This document shows positions 20,781 through 30,694 of a stretch of DNA of 64,000 nt, in pieces. Each line of letters begins with the position of its first letter. Within the stretch, counting starts at the first letter, position 1. Both the position numbers and the translations under genes were made by a program. The notes beneath the pieces were generated by a model, which saw only the letters and a list, made by a program, of their open reading frames with translations, was not told the origin of the DNA and ran no database searches. Source of the stretch: a virus; IMG/VR virus record IMGVR_UViG_3300020037_005798, positions 4,764-68,763 of that record. One strand, given 5' to 3'.

Positions 20781-20788
20781 CAAAGGTA
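20781..20788 (-). promoter_or_regulatory. Bacteroidota-type -7 promoter element
   Basis: TACCTTTG about 30 nt upstream of the tad1 start. Confidence 0.6.
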
Positions 20789-20945
20789 GTGTCTATTTGC
20801 ATTTTATTTAATAATTCTTCTGCAGACATTTTCTTTGCTTCATCAATAATTTTTTGTTTTTGATCTTGAATGTTTAAATCCACTCTAGCCTCACTAGCCA
20901 TATTTTTAAAATTAATCCCTGTTACTTTTAATAACAGGGATATGA

Positions 20946-22535
20946 TTAATACTGAATTAACTCTTCACAACCCTCTTTGTTATGACAGAAAATCTTTCTG
21001 TTTTCACATATTTGAATTTGTTTTCCACCAGAATCAATACAAAGTTGTTTTAACTGATCACTAAATTGTAACAAAGAAACTGCATTGACTTTGTAAGGAA
21101 AGTTTGAAACATGTACTTTATCTTGACCATCATTTATAATTAAAATTTCAGGTAATTCTCTGGATAAATCAACTTTTAAGTTGTGTAATTTTCCACTTTT
21201 TACTTCATCTGCAACATATTGTACAATTCTACCAATGTCTGTTGTACTTCCTCCTGGATAGTTAGAAAAGGTTGACCAAAATTCATTAACACTTTTTTCA
21301 TCTTTAAGATGATAAAATTTCAAATCATAGGTACTACTAACAAAGAAACTAAAGAAGATTTCTGCTTCTCCTTTAATTACATATTTCATTCTTTCCATAA
21401 GGATTCCATTAACCCAATTTTGTTTCTTTCTATCAGACATACTTCCTGAATAATCACAAAGAATAATAAGCTTTTGCTTTTTTTCAGAACGATTAACAGG
21501 CATGTTGATAATTAAATCTTTGGTAAGAAATCTTGTTTCAAAATTAGGTAACATTCTTTGTATCATGTCAACTTTGGTTACTTGTTCAAAAGAAGACATT
21601 ACTTTTTTCTTGTATGTAATAGCATTGTGTACTTCTTTCTCACTAACATCTAATTCTACTTTAAATTCTTCTCCCATTTTACCAACAAGAGAAATATTGT
21701 TTAATGTTTCAAATCTACTATCTTGAGCATATGGATTTTTATCAACAAGATTATTTAGAATAGGATTACAAAAAACATCTCTTTCAAAAACAGCAATAGA
21801 AGTAGAAGATTGACCAGGATTTCCTTGAGCATTACGATTAGCTTCAGTATCTGTTATTCTCCAATGAATAGCTATTGCTTGTTCTAAAGGGCTGAATCCA
21901 GGTAAAAAAGTATCATATATTTCATCAAGAACTTGTTTTTTCTTTGCAAAATCTTCTAGCTTAATAGGAATAGTTTCATCTTTAGAATATAACTCTGATA
22001 AGTATTCTCTATCATCAATCATTTTAAAGTAACAAACTCTGGCGTATTCTTTTATTGTATCAATTTTATCTCTTGAATAAACAGCTACTTTTTGTTTGAT
22101 TTCTTCTGCTGTTGGGGTTAAATAACTTTCAGGTTCTTTAACCATCAACTTAGAATTATCATCAATTTCTGTTGTATCATGAGTAAATCCGTAGAAATTA
22201 TAATTTGACCACTTTTTAGGTGTCCAAGCAAATTCTTTCTTTTTTTCAGGTTCTATCCAATGTGAATGTCTATGATTTCTTTCTCTTGGGTAGCTATCAT
22301 AATAATTATATTCATCTGAAGCTACATAAGCTGATGCACCATAAACATCATCATTATGATTTGGTTTATAAGACCCTGGGCCTTGTCCATAGACAGGAGT
22401 TCTTCTAATAGTATTTTCATGATCTTCTTTTTTACGAAATTCATAACGCATACTATTTGGACCTAGCTCTCTAGCTATTATTTCTCTTACTGAGGGCTTT
22501 TTCTTTTTATTACCTGATTTTGACCACCAATCCAT
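20946..22535 (-). CDS. vWA (MIDAS) domain protein
   Basis: LCDYSGSM (DxSxS), GGSTTDI, IINDG; adjacent to MoxR ATPase. Confidence 0.85.
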   Translation of the reverse strand: MDWWSKSGNKKKKPSVREIIARELGPNSMRYEFRKKEDHENTIRRTPVYGQGPGSYKPNHNDDVYGASAYVASDEYNYYDSYPRERNHRHSHWIEPEKKKEFAWTPKKWSNYNFYGFTHDTTEIDDNSKLMVKEPESYLTPTAEEIKQKVAVYSRDKIDTIKEYARVCYFKMIDDREYLSELYSKDETIPIKLEDFAKKKQVLDEIYDTFLPGFSPLEQAIAIHWRITDTEANRNAQGNPGQSSTSIAVFERDVFCNPILNNLVDKNPYAQDSRFETLNNISLVGKMGEEFKVELDVSEKEVHNAITYKKKVMSSFEQVTKVDMIQRMLPNFETRFLTKDLIINMPVNRSEKKQKLIILCDYSGSMSDRKKQNWVNGILMERMKYVIKGEAEIFFSFFVSSTYDLKFYHLKDEKSVNEFWSTFSNYPGGSTTDIGRIVQYVADEVKSGKLHNLKVDLSRELPEILIINDGQDKVHVSNFPYKVNAVSLLQFSDQLKQLCIDSGGKQIQICENRKIFCHNKEGCEELIQY

Positions 22536-22546
22536 AAAAAGGAGTA

Positions 22547-23689
22547 TTACAAGCGACTTGTAGCAGTTGCTCTACGTTTTGGTTTTGTCTCTTTTATAGA
22601 AGAATCAGAATTTACTTCTTGTTCTTTAGCATTATCTGCTAAAGCTTCTACAATTGCTCCAGGGGTAACAGCATCAATAGCTTTTTTCTTGTTTAAAGCT
22701 CTGTGATATTTGTCTTTGAAATCAATAAGTTTTTCAGAACATTTTTTAACTACAGCTGTGTGTGTAGCTACCAAATCATCACTTACTACTAATTTTCTTA
22801 AAGCTCTTTCAGTATTTAAGATTATAGTATAGTCTTCAATGATTTCTAAATACTCTTCATCTGTACTAATAACAATTCTTTTTGAAGAATCATCAACATT
22901 CATTGTTAATTCTTTAAACTTAACAGTTGCTTCAAATTTCTTTAAAGTTTCTGTAATTAAGTTAGCTTTTTTGCAGAAATCAGCAATAAACATTAAAGAA
23001 TCAGGACCACACTCTTGATAAATATCATAAGCATCCAATGCTATACGAGGACTAATGGTAATACCATTTTTAGCATATTGTTCCAAAATAAAAGGAATAA
23101 TAGGATCAACACTATCTTCACCAAATCTTTTTTGCAAAAGAGTATTATAACTGGTTTCATTATAGTTATCCCATATTACATTTAATTCTAAAGGAAATCT
23201 TTCCATTAAAGCTTTGATGGAATCATTTTTAGCATACTCCTCTCTAGTTTTGTTGGTACAACAAATAATAAATTGAGTTTTTATTGGAAATACCTGAGTT
23301 CCGTTTCTGAAGAACCCTGAAGAAAGAGTATCTTTCAATTGTTCCAAAATAAAATCAGGAGCATCCATCATCTCTTCAAGAATCACAAATTCATGATTCA
23401 TAAAAGAGTTTTCAACAAGATATTCAATTTTACCTTCTTTTAATAAAGGAATATTAATACCTCCAAACAACCTTTCGGTTGTCATACCAGAACCCATAGT
23501 AATAATATATGGATTAATACCTTTATCATAAAGATATTCTAAAGCAAAATCTGATTTACCATGTCCTCCAGGACCATACAGAATTACATTTTTACTTGTT
23601 TTCAGACCAACATCAAGTATTTTATTGGCTTTATCCATAAATACAAATCTGTCTAATAAACTTCTTTTTTCTTCAACTGCTTCTTTCAT
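22547..23689 (-). CDS. MoxR/RavA-like AAA+ ATPase
   Basis: GPGGHGKS, RLFGG, Walker B variant VILEEM, CCTN, ALMERF, ISPR. Confidence 0.85.
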   Translation of the reverse strand: MKEAVEEKRSLLDRFVFMDKANKILDVGLKTSKNVILYGPGGHGKSDFALEYLYDKGINPYIITMGSGMTTERLFGGINIPLLKEGKIEYLVENSFMNHEFVILEEMMDAPDFILEQLKDTLSSGFFRNGTQVFPIKTQFIICCTNKTREEYAKNDSIKALMERFPLELNVIWDNYNETSYNTLLQKRFGEDSVDPIIPFILEQYAKNGITISPRIALDAYDIYQECGPDSLMFIADFCKKANLITETLKKFEATVKFKELTMNVDDSSKRIVISTDEEYLEIIEDYTIILNTERALRKLVVSDDLVATHTAVVKKCSEKLIDFKDKYHRALNKKKAIDAVTPGAIVEALADNAKEQEVNSDSSIKETKPKRRATATSRL

Positions 23690-23715
23690 TTTTTCAATGT
23701 TTTAATAATGTTGTT

Positions 23716-23750
23716 AAAAAAACAGACTGTAATGACTACAGTCTGTTTTT
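23716..23750. terminator. Bidirectional-type terminator hairpin
   Basis: AAAAACAGACTGTA-ATGAC-TACAGTCTGTTTTT. Confidence 0.7.
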
Positions 23751-23760
23751 AATAATTAAT

Positions 23761-24420
23761 TTACTTTCTAAGTTTTAATAGTCTTCTTCTTGTTACAACT
23801 GTTTGTAGTTTTTCAGAAATAATAGACGAACTTCTAGCATACGCTTTTATTGTACGTTCTTCTATAGATGGAGCTTCAGGTATTCTGAACTCTTCTCTTG
23901 GAGTAAATCTTCTTGGAACAGCATGCCAGTCATTAGAATTAATATTACAATCCAATGAAATCATATCCAATAAATTAAAACTAGAGCTTGCCTCAAAAAA
24001 AGTAGAATCTTCTTCAGTATCTTCAATATCAACTAAATATGCACAAAGAGGCATAGTACTTTCACAATCTGCTGAATACACACGATGAGTTTCTTTTGTG
24101 TATACATAAACACGTTCTAAAGCTTCTTCTGGATACTCTTCATTTTGTTTACAAAACTTTTTGACTAGTTTGGCAATATTGCTTTCCAATTCTACACTAT
24201 CAATAAGGTTGTCATCTTCTGTTTTTTCTCCTTCATAATAGAATGAACCTAATTTAGGAGCACCAACAATAACCATTGACATACATTCTTTTGGATGAAT
24301 ACCTGAGTTAAATTCAACTAATTCAATTCCAGGAATGCGTAATAAGTTGGATTTGATATATTCAACATCAAATCCACTAGCCAAGGTTGACTTGGCTAGA
24401 TAGACTTTTTTGTTGGACAT
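23761..24420 (-). CDS. Hypothetical protein
   Basis: 219 aa; N-terminal KKVYLAKS weakly resembles a flavodoxin/TIR-like fold start. Confidence 0.6.
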   Translation of the reverse strand: MSNKKVYLAKSTLASGFDVEYIKSNLLRIPGIELVEFNSGIHPKECMSMVIVGAPKLGSFYYEGEKTEDDNLIDSVELESNIAKLVKKFCKQNEEYPEEALERVYVYTKETHRVYSADCESTMPLCAYLVDIEDTEEDSTFFEASSSFNLLDMISLDCNINSNDWHAVPRRFTPREEFRIPEAPSIEERTIKAYARSSSIISEKLQTVVTRRRLLKLRK

Positions 24421-24422
24421 AA

Positions 24423-24806
24423 TTATGCCTCAGTTGATGGTTCTACAGAAGCACTGAAGTACTCTGCTTGTACTTCTTCAGCAATAGCAATTTCGTCATC
24501 CAAAAGTGCAATTTGGAATCTGTAATCACATAATTTTGAAACCCATTCTTTAGGGTTAAAATTTGAACTGGTTGGACGTAATGAATCTTTTGTCTCAACA
24601 GATAAATCTGTAAGATTCAACATCTCAACTTCTAATTCATCTCTTTTGTCGTTAAGAGTTTGAAGTTTGCTTGCCATTGCTTTTGCTGCACTTTTGTAAG
24701 CAAGTTGTGATCTTCTGTCAAGTACATCTTGACCTGAAGCAGATAAAATTTGCTCGAATTTTGAAATTTTTACTGCTTTTCCGTTGTTGTTTTTAGCTAC
24801 TGCCAT
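24423..24806 (-). CDS. Coiled-coil hypothetical protein
   Basis: 127 aa, helical. Confidence 0.65.
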   Translation of the reverse strand: MAVAKNNNGKAVKISKFEQILSASGQDVLDRRSQLAYKSAAKAMASKLQTLNDKRDELEVEMLNLTDLSVETKDSLRPTSSNFNPKEWVSKLCDYRFQIALLDDEIAIAEEVQAEYFSASVEPSTEA

Positions 24807-24920
24807 AATAAAAAATATTAAATTGTTAAAAAAATTGTTATATAATGAACACCATGTCCATTATGGGTTTAAAAGATTTCTCTTTTGTATTGTGAATAAA
24901 AATTATTGTTTTTTGATAAA

Positions 24921-25382
24921 TTAATTTCCGTCATCTTCTTCATCGCTATTTCTTTTTTTGTTTTTTAAATCTTCAATTTGACGTAGAATATCAGATTTAT
25001 TATCAGTCTTTTCAGAATCTTCTTTTGCTTTCAGAAATTCATTTTTAGATATTCTTGTAACAAAAGCTCTATCTCCAAATATATTTTTAAATAAAGAAAG
25101 AATTGGGTCATTCTCTATAGACTTCATCATTTTTTCTGCTTTCTTTTTTTCAAGGTCTTCTATTAAATTAGAGCAATAAAAACTAGCTACTAATATTACT
25201 TCTGAATAAGAAAACTCTTTTAATAAGCCTTCAATAAAATAAGAACTTCTAAGAGGTTCTTTTTTATAATTGTCTTTGATAAATTTTTTTAATTTATCTT
25301 TTAATGCATCAAATTCTTCAGTTGTACATCCTATTGCAGCTGGAATAGTTTTTTGACTATGGTCAACACTTACGATTTTCAT
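24921..25382 (-). CDS. Hypothetical protein
   Basis: 153 aa ORF. Confidence 0.6.
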   Translation of the reverse strand: MKIVSVDHSQKTIPAAIGCTTEEFDALKDKLKKFIKDNYKKEPLRSSYFIEGLLKEFSYSEVILVASFYCSNLIEDLEKKKAEKMMKSIENDPILSLFKNIFGDRAFVTRISKNEFLKAKEDSEKTDNKSDILRQIEDLKNKKRNSDEEDDGN

Positions 25383-25645
25383 GATTTTTTTGTTTTAAAA
25401 TTTATATACTTTCTCTGAATAATAGTGTTTAACAGGAGCAATTCTAACCAAGCTATACGTTCTTCGATTAGTTGACCCTACAATAAATCCTAAAATTATT
25501 CTTGTTCTAATATGCTTTCTTTGTGCCATTTTTATTTGCCTTTGTTTATTAATAATTAACAAAATGGGGAAATTTCTTTCCCCAATCTGCCTTCAACAAC
25601 AATTCTTAAAACAGAATTATTAACACTAAAAGTAAGCTGTAGTAT

Positions 25646-25906
25646 TTAGGTTTGAATTTTTTCGTTCTCTTCATCAGGTTTAATTGGTTTTATGATTTGT
25701 AATTTGAATTTTGTTGTACACAACCTATGTTTTATTATATATAGATCTCTAAGTTTAACAACTTTAATAATATCATCATCATATCCACATACAATAGGGA
25801 CTCCATCAACAGATATAGCACTATAAAAAGTATTTCTTCTCTTATCATAGTGTACACCAATATAACCAAGTTTGTTTTTAGGGCATTTTTGATATTTTTT
25901 TGCCAT
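25646..25906 (-). CDS. AP2-like DNA-binding domain protein
   Basis: NKLGYIGVHYDKRRNTFYSAISVDG...G.....RDLYII. Confidence 0.6.
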   Translation of the reverse strand: MAKKYQKCPKNKLGYIGVHYDKRRNTFYSAISVDGVPIVCGYDDDIIKVVKLRDLYIIKHRLCTTKFKLQIIKPIKPDEENEKIQT

Positions 25907-26108
25907 TATTTATGAATTAAATAAAAAAATATAGCCCAAAAGGCACATGTAATTATTGTCATAATAAAAGAAATTATATCAATTTTATTATTTTCTCTTA
26001 TGTCTATTATAGTACTAGTTATTGATATGTAACTAATAATTAAACAGAAAAACATTATTATTGTAAAACTAATAACTGATTCCATATTTTTTAAAATTTA
26101 AATTAATA

Positions 26109-26178
26109 TTTAGCCCATCCGCATTTAGTACCTTACTAATTCTCCTTTGGAAAGAATAATGATGCGTTAACTGCTAAA
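26109..26178 (-). ncRNA. Twister-like self-cleaving ribozyme (copy 2)
   Basis: P1 UUUAGC/GCUAAA, UAA, P2 CGCA/UGCG, P4 AUUCU/AGAAU with loop UUCCAAAGG, P5 UAGUA/UACUA, GAUGG pseudoknot strand. Confidence 0.7.
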
Positions 26179-26248
26179 AACCCAGAAAATCATAACTGGT
26201 AAAAACTGACTATTAGTTTTTTACAAACGACAAATAAAAAAGAACGTA

Positions 26249-26500
26249 TTATTTAAGCATATCACCTAACTTTATGTGATTGATAAGTGACATGAAATGC
26301 ATTGTTGCCATGAAAAGAAGCTCTTTTTGAGTCATTGTTTTATTAACTACATCAATATAGTCATAACCATTCAATTTCCCTTCTATTTGAGCTTTTGTGA
26401 TAATCTCTACTTTATTAATATAGTCATGATATTCTTCAGGAGAATCAAAGACTATTGTCATAGGATCATTATTGTCTAAATTTATTTTTAGTGGTTCCAT
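26249..26500 (-). CDS. Hypothetical protein
   Basis: 83 aa ORF. Confidence 0.55.
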   Translation of the reverse strand: MEPLKINLDNNDPMTIVFDSPEEYHDYINKVEIITKAQIEGKLNGYDYIDVVNKTMTQKELLFMATMHFMSLINHIKLGDMLK

Positions 26501-26697
26501 AGTTCAATATAATAAAAATCATTAAACATTGACACAATGGAGGCTATCCATAATATCATTAAAATAAGAATTGGTGTGTCTAATTTGACAACCAATGTAT
26601 CATTATCATCATCTTCTTTTAAAAAGAAAATAACAACAATGAATGTAGATACTATTGCTATTAGCATTAGTATAAGTGTTAGTTTAGATAAACCCAT
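26488..26697 (-). CDS. Small membrane protein
   Basis: Two hydrophobic helices separated by an acidic loop. Confidence 0.55.
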   Translation of the reverse strand: MGLSKLTLILMLIAIVSTFIVVIFFLKEDDDNDTLVVKLDTPILILMILWIASIVSMFNDFYYIELWNH

Positions 26698-26714
26698 GTT
26701 GTTGAATTTAGGGA

Positions 26715-26933
26715 TTAAACTTGTATAAGAAAATTTTCATCTGCTTTTCTTTGAAAAGTAAAAATGTCTTGTTCTCCATCATAATTCCATTGACTATTGT
26801 CATTATCAATGATAACTATTATATCAAAACCCCATTCATTTCTACCTAATTCAAATTTTCTTTTATAACCTACTTCATCTAGTTCTTCTAGTGTAGCAGA
26901 TCCTGTCTTTTTTAAGTCGTTTAGTGTAAGCAT
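26715..26933 (-). CDS. Hypothetical protein
   Basis: 72 aa ORF. Confidence 0.5.
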   Translation of the reverse strand: MLTLNDLKKTGSATLEELDEVGYKRKFELGRNEWGFDIIVIIDNDNSQWNYDGEQDIFTFQRKADENFLIQV

Positions 26934-27024
26934 CTAGTCTTTTTATTAAAATAGCATATACTAAGAGATTTTTACTCTTATCCAATAGCAAAGCTACCAT
27001 GTTGTCTTTTACACCAAGTATACA

Positions 27025-27297
27025 CTATTTAATTTCTTTTTGTTCTTTTTTAAAAAATTCTAATAAACCTTCTAACTTACGTGAAGTTAGATAACCATCA
27101 TAATCATAATTGTGCAATACAATTATATTTTCAGGATACTGAAAACTATCTGCAATAAAGAGCATCTCATTTGGAGTTCCTAAAGAACCAATAGACAAGA
27201 ATCTATTTCTTTCTAGTGGATAAAACAAACTTCTTAATAAAGTAGGTTTATCATGTTCTTTAAATCCTAAAGTTTTAACTTCATCTCTACTCATCAT
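27025..27297 (-). CDS. Hypothetical protein
   Basis: 90 aa ORF. Confidence 0.6.
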   Translation of the reverse strand: MMSRDEVKTLGFKEHDKPTLLRSLFYPLERNRFLSIGSLGTPNEMLFIADSFQYPENIIVLHNYDYDGYLTSRKLEGLLEFFKKEQKEIK

Positions 27298-27700
27298 ATT
27301 TTGTATTCATAAATTTCCAAGATGATACCATAAAATGTTCATTATGAACAACATAAGGTTCTTCACAATTAGCATCTTCTATCTTAATTAAGAAAGTAAA
27401 TCCACTTTGCCAATTTATCCCATCATCACTAACGTATATAATTCTTTTATTAGAATTAGTGTTAGTGTCTGAAGACATATCAATTAATGAAGTTATCTCT
27501 TTAAGAGGAAGATTTAGTGGAGGAGAAGGACTCCAATGAAACTTATTATTTTCATAATAATAATATCTACCTTTTACAAGACTAGTACCAAGGGGAAAAA
27601 ATTCTTTACTATATATAAAATTTTTGTATGAAAGATACCCATTCATGTAAATAGAAAATGCCCCAGCTTTAAAATCTTTTATTAATTCAGTTTTATTCAT
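27287..27700 (-). CDS. Paralog family member 4 (VSDDG..W domain)
   Basis: C-terminal IYVSDDGINWQSGFTFL...YVVHNEH..SSWKF. Confidence 0.7.
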   Translation of the reverse strand: MNKTELIKDFKAGAFSIYMNGYLSYKNFIYSKEFFPLGTSLVKGRYYYYENNKFHWSPSPPLNLPLKEITSLIDMSSDTNTNSNKRIIYVSDDGINWQSGFTFLIKIEDANCEEPYVVHNEHFMVSSWKFMNTKYDE

Positions 27701-28127
27701 TTTTATCTCCTTTAATAAATAACCAAATAGAAGTCATATAGAACTCATTATAAACTATAAAATAAGTTGTTCCATCTTTTAACTCTAGTTTGGTTAGAAA
27801 TTTTGCTTCTTCCCAATCTTCATCATTATTACTAACAAATACATTTTGACCCTTAGTAAAGAATAAATTATTGCTTAATTCGACAATTTCACTTAATGTA
27901 TATACTTTTTCTAAGTATTTATTATCTTCTTCATAAGTATTATTAACTATTATAGGATGACTATTCTCTTTAATAGCAAAATATTGTCCTATTCTAGGAA
28001 TATAAGAACCTAAAGCAAGTAATTCTATGGCTAAATTTTTTGCTTTCTTTTCAAAAGGAAGATCAATAAGGACACAAGCATTTTTTCCTTTGAGTCTTTT
28101 GTTTTTAAAATCTTGAATAAATGACAT
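27693..28127 (-). CDS. Paralog family member 3
   Basis: C-terminal VFVSNNDEDW...FL...FIVYNEF..SIWLF. Confidence 0.7.
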   Translation of the reverse strand: MSFIQDFKNKRLKGKNACVLIDLPFEKKAKNLAIELLALGSYIPRIGQYFAIKENSHPIIVNNTYEEDNKYLEKVYTLSEIVELSNNLFFTKGQNVFVSNNDEDWEEAKFLTKLELKDGTTYFIVYNEFYMTSIWLFIKGDKNE

Positions 28128-28129
28128 AA

Positions 28130-28588
28130 TTATTGATTTAAGGGTTCAAAATAAGGCCAAAAAGATGAATTATAAAATTCATCATAAACAATAACTCCAG
28201 GTATAGCAAGTTTTTTAAATGCAACAAGAAATTTATATCCTTTAACATACTCTGAACCATCTTCACTTACTAGTATTTCAGTACCTTTATCACAAACATT
28301 TTTATACTGTTCAACTAAATCTGATATTAAATGAACATGACCATTAGGATAACTATCTCCCATAGCAGCAGCTCCACTTTTCAATACAGCATATTTTGCT
28401 TTTAATGAAGGACTAAATGTTTTATAATCAAATAAAGCTCTCATTAATTCAAGAGAATCATAATTGTTTACATCATATTTTACTACTTCTTCATTATCCA
28501 TTAACTGTTGTCTAAACTTTTTAACATTTAACATACTAATAAGTTTTAAGTTTAACAAATTTCCATTCAGAAGTAACAAGTCTTTCAT
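28130..28588 (-). CDS. Paralog family member 2 (real start probably the internal Met of MLNVKK)
   Basis: C-terminal ILVSEDG...GYKFL...VIVYDEF..SFWPY. Confidence 0.65.
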   Translation of the reverse strand: MKDLLLLNGNLLNLKLISMLNVKKFRQQLMDNEEVVKYDVNNYDSLELMRALFDYKTFSPSLKAKYAVLKSGAAAMGDSYPNGHVHLISDLVEQYKNVCDKGTEILVSEDGSEYVKGYKFLVAFKKLAIPGVIVYDEFYNSSFWPYFEPLNQ

Positions 28589-29183
28589 TGTGAACTACAT
28601 GTTTAGCTTCACAATCTTCTTCAGGTATTTCAGCCAAATAAGTAAATCCATCCTCCCAACTTTGCCCATCATCACTTACTAATACCTTAGAAAGAAATTT
28701 TAAAGTTGGGGTTACTTCAATAAGATCATTAATGTTTATAACATCATTAGTGCTTGATGTATTTCTTTTTGTTACATTTCCTGCCTCTCCTGTATAAAAT
28801 TTACCTGCTTCCCAATATGCAACATTAACTAAAGGCCATAATTCCTTCATTTTCTTTACCTTTTCAGTAGTACATTCATCTAAATAAATAGATACTGTTA
28901 TATTTTTTAATTTGTCTTGAATTGATTCGATGTTTTCCATTGTTTCTTTTGTGTTTATTAAGTCAATTAAATTTATTTCTTTCCCAGGTCCTAATATGTT
29001 ATGTGTTGAAGTAAATACTCTACCATTTTTAAAATAATAATAAGTATTATCTTTAATACGAAAAAAACCTATATTAAATAAGTTTCTCATTAAAGATATT
29101 CCATCCCATCCTACAATATTTATATTTTCAACCTTTACAGCTAAGAGTCCTTGTTTAATTTCTGCTGATTGTTTATCCGTCAT
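28536..29183 (-). CDS. Paralog family member 1
   Basis: C-terminal VLVSDDGQSWEDGFTYL...HVVHNER..SEWKF. Confidence 0.7.
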   Translation of the reverse strand: MTDKQSAEIKQGLLAVKVENINIVGWDGISLMRNLFNIGFFRIKDNTYYYFKNGRVFTSTHNILGPGKEINLIDLINTKETMENIESIQDKLKNITVSIYLDECTTEKVKKMKELWPLVNVAYWEAGKFYTGEAGNVTKRNTSSTNDVININDLIEVTPTLKFLSKVLVSDDGQSWEDGFTYLAEIPEEDCEAKHVVHNERLVTSEWKFVKLKTY

Positions 29184-29465
29184 AAGAATTATCTTTAAGA
29201 ATGTGAATTATGTATAAAGTAATTAATACAAATAATGTAATTACTGGTATATAATGATACTCTTTAAAATAAAAAGGAAAAACTAATGATACCAATAAGC
29301 TTATTAATATTCCTATTAACAAGAATGCTTTATATACTTTTTTCATACTATTTTTCTTTAGTAAAAATGTTAATAATAATATCTACAGTTTTGATAAAAA
29401 CATAACCAAACCCAAAAATTAAAAGTCCTCCAGTAACGATAGCTAAAGCTCCTGCAAATACGCTT

Positions 29466-29861
29466 CTAAAAGGTTCCATCTTTCAAAGTTTTTTCTAACC
29501 ATTCTTTAGCTTCATCAACACTACTAGACATATGTCCATTACAGTTTTCACTTGCAGTCATATTAGCAACATCCATTACTATTTCTCTAAACTCTTCAGT
29601 TAATCTATTATTATTTCTAATAATACTTAATAAAGAAATACCAGAATTAAAAGTTGCTATTTGTCTCCACATTAGAGTACCAGCATCACTATTATCCTTA
29701 CTACCACCTTTTCTACCTGCATATCTAATAGCAGTATTATCAAATCCAAAGAACTGCATATTTCTTACAGCATTAACAGCATAAATCTCTTCTTGAGTTT
29801 CTCCTGTTAAATCCCAACCAATAGGATTATTTTTTTCGTCTTTTACGATTTCTAATTTCAT
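29466..29861 (-). CDS. Hypothetical protein
   Basis: 131 aa ORF. Confidence 0.6.
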   Translation of the reverse strand: MKLEIVKDEKNNPIGWDLTGETQEEIYAVNAVRNMQFFGFDNTAIRYAGRKGGSKDNSDAGTLMWRQIATFNSGISLLSIIRNNNRLTEEFREIVMDVANMTASENCNGHMSSSVDEAKEWLEKTLKDGTF

Positions 29862-29889
29862 AGTATTTGTTTTTAAGATTGATAAAAAT

Positions 29890-29917
29890 AAAAAACCCCC
29901 ATATTACTATGAGGGTT
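29890..29917 (-). terminator. Terminator after tmRNA
   Basis: AACCCUCAUA-GUAA-UAUGGGGGUU then a U-run. Confidence 0.7.
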
Positions 29918-29919
29918 AG

Positions 29920-30178
29920 TAAAAATTTCGCTTTTCTTGCGGAATTATGCTACCATTCTTAATGGTGCATTATTCATTTGGATAACTTTTGAAGTTATTG
30001 TTTAATAATTCTCGTTGAGTCCTACTGTATTGCTGTCAAATCCCGTTATCCCCTGATTTACCGCTTGTTATTTAAACTCGTAGCGATGAAACGAGGCAAT
30101 CAACTTATAAACGGATTTCTAGTGGAGATAGAGGGAGTTGAACCCTCGTCCAAACAATGTTCAAAAACAAGTCAACAA
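29920..30178 (-). ncRNA. ssrA: Circularly permuted (two-piece) tmRNA
   Basis: Acceptor piece GGAC-GAGGG-UUCAACU-CCCUC-UAUCUCC-A (30123-30151) precedes coding piece starting GGGGAUA...GAUUUGAC (30053); G3:U70 pair; tag frame SKVIQMNNAPLRMVA* at 29945-29992. Confidence 0.88.
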
Positions 30179-30202
30179 ATTATTATGCTGTAAATATATA
30201 AA

Positions 30203-30502
30203 TTAAAAATCATCTGCAACACCATTGTAAGCTAAATGACTATAATCAACATAAGCGTATTTAGAATTTCTTGCATTATGATTTTGTATTCTATGAAATT
30301 TATCTTCTTTTGCTAAACCACAATTTAATTTGCGCCAAACTTGTTTATAGTTTTCATCTGTTATTTCTTTAAAATCAGTATAAATTCTAAGATTAAATTT
30401 AAGCTGTTTTGTAGTAAGATTTTTAACTCTTCTTATTTCTGCTTTATTTAAATTTAAAAGAAGTAATTTATTTTTAAATTCTGTTGGGTTTAATTTAGCC
30501 AT
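30203..30502 (-). CDS. Hypothetical protein
   Basis: 99 aa basic protein. Confidence 0.55.
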   Translation of the reverse strand: MAKLNPTEFKNKLLLLNLNKAEIRRVKNLTTKQLKFNLRIYTDFKEITDENYKQVWRKLNCGLAKEDKFHRIQNHNARNSKYAYVDYSHLAYNGVADDF

Positions 30503-30694
30503 TTTATTTAGGTTTATAAGTTATTAATATAGTCAAATGAGCATCATCACTTTTAACAATTTTAGTACCATCTTCATTCCAATAACTTTTAGTTGATAAA
30601 ATAGTCAAACTATCTATTATTGTATTGTACTTACAAAAATCATTAAGTAAAGAATTAACATCTTTAACAGTACCAGATAATGTTGTTTGCATAA

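Noticed and set aside
30123-30151. Stand-alone tRNA fragment or integration (att) site
   Set aside because: Better explained as the acceptor piece of the permuted tmRNA; no integrase in the window
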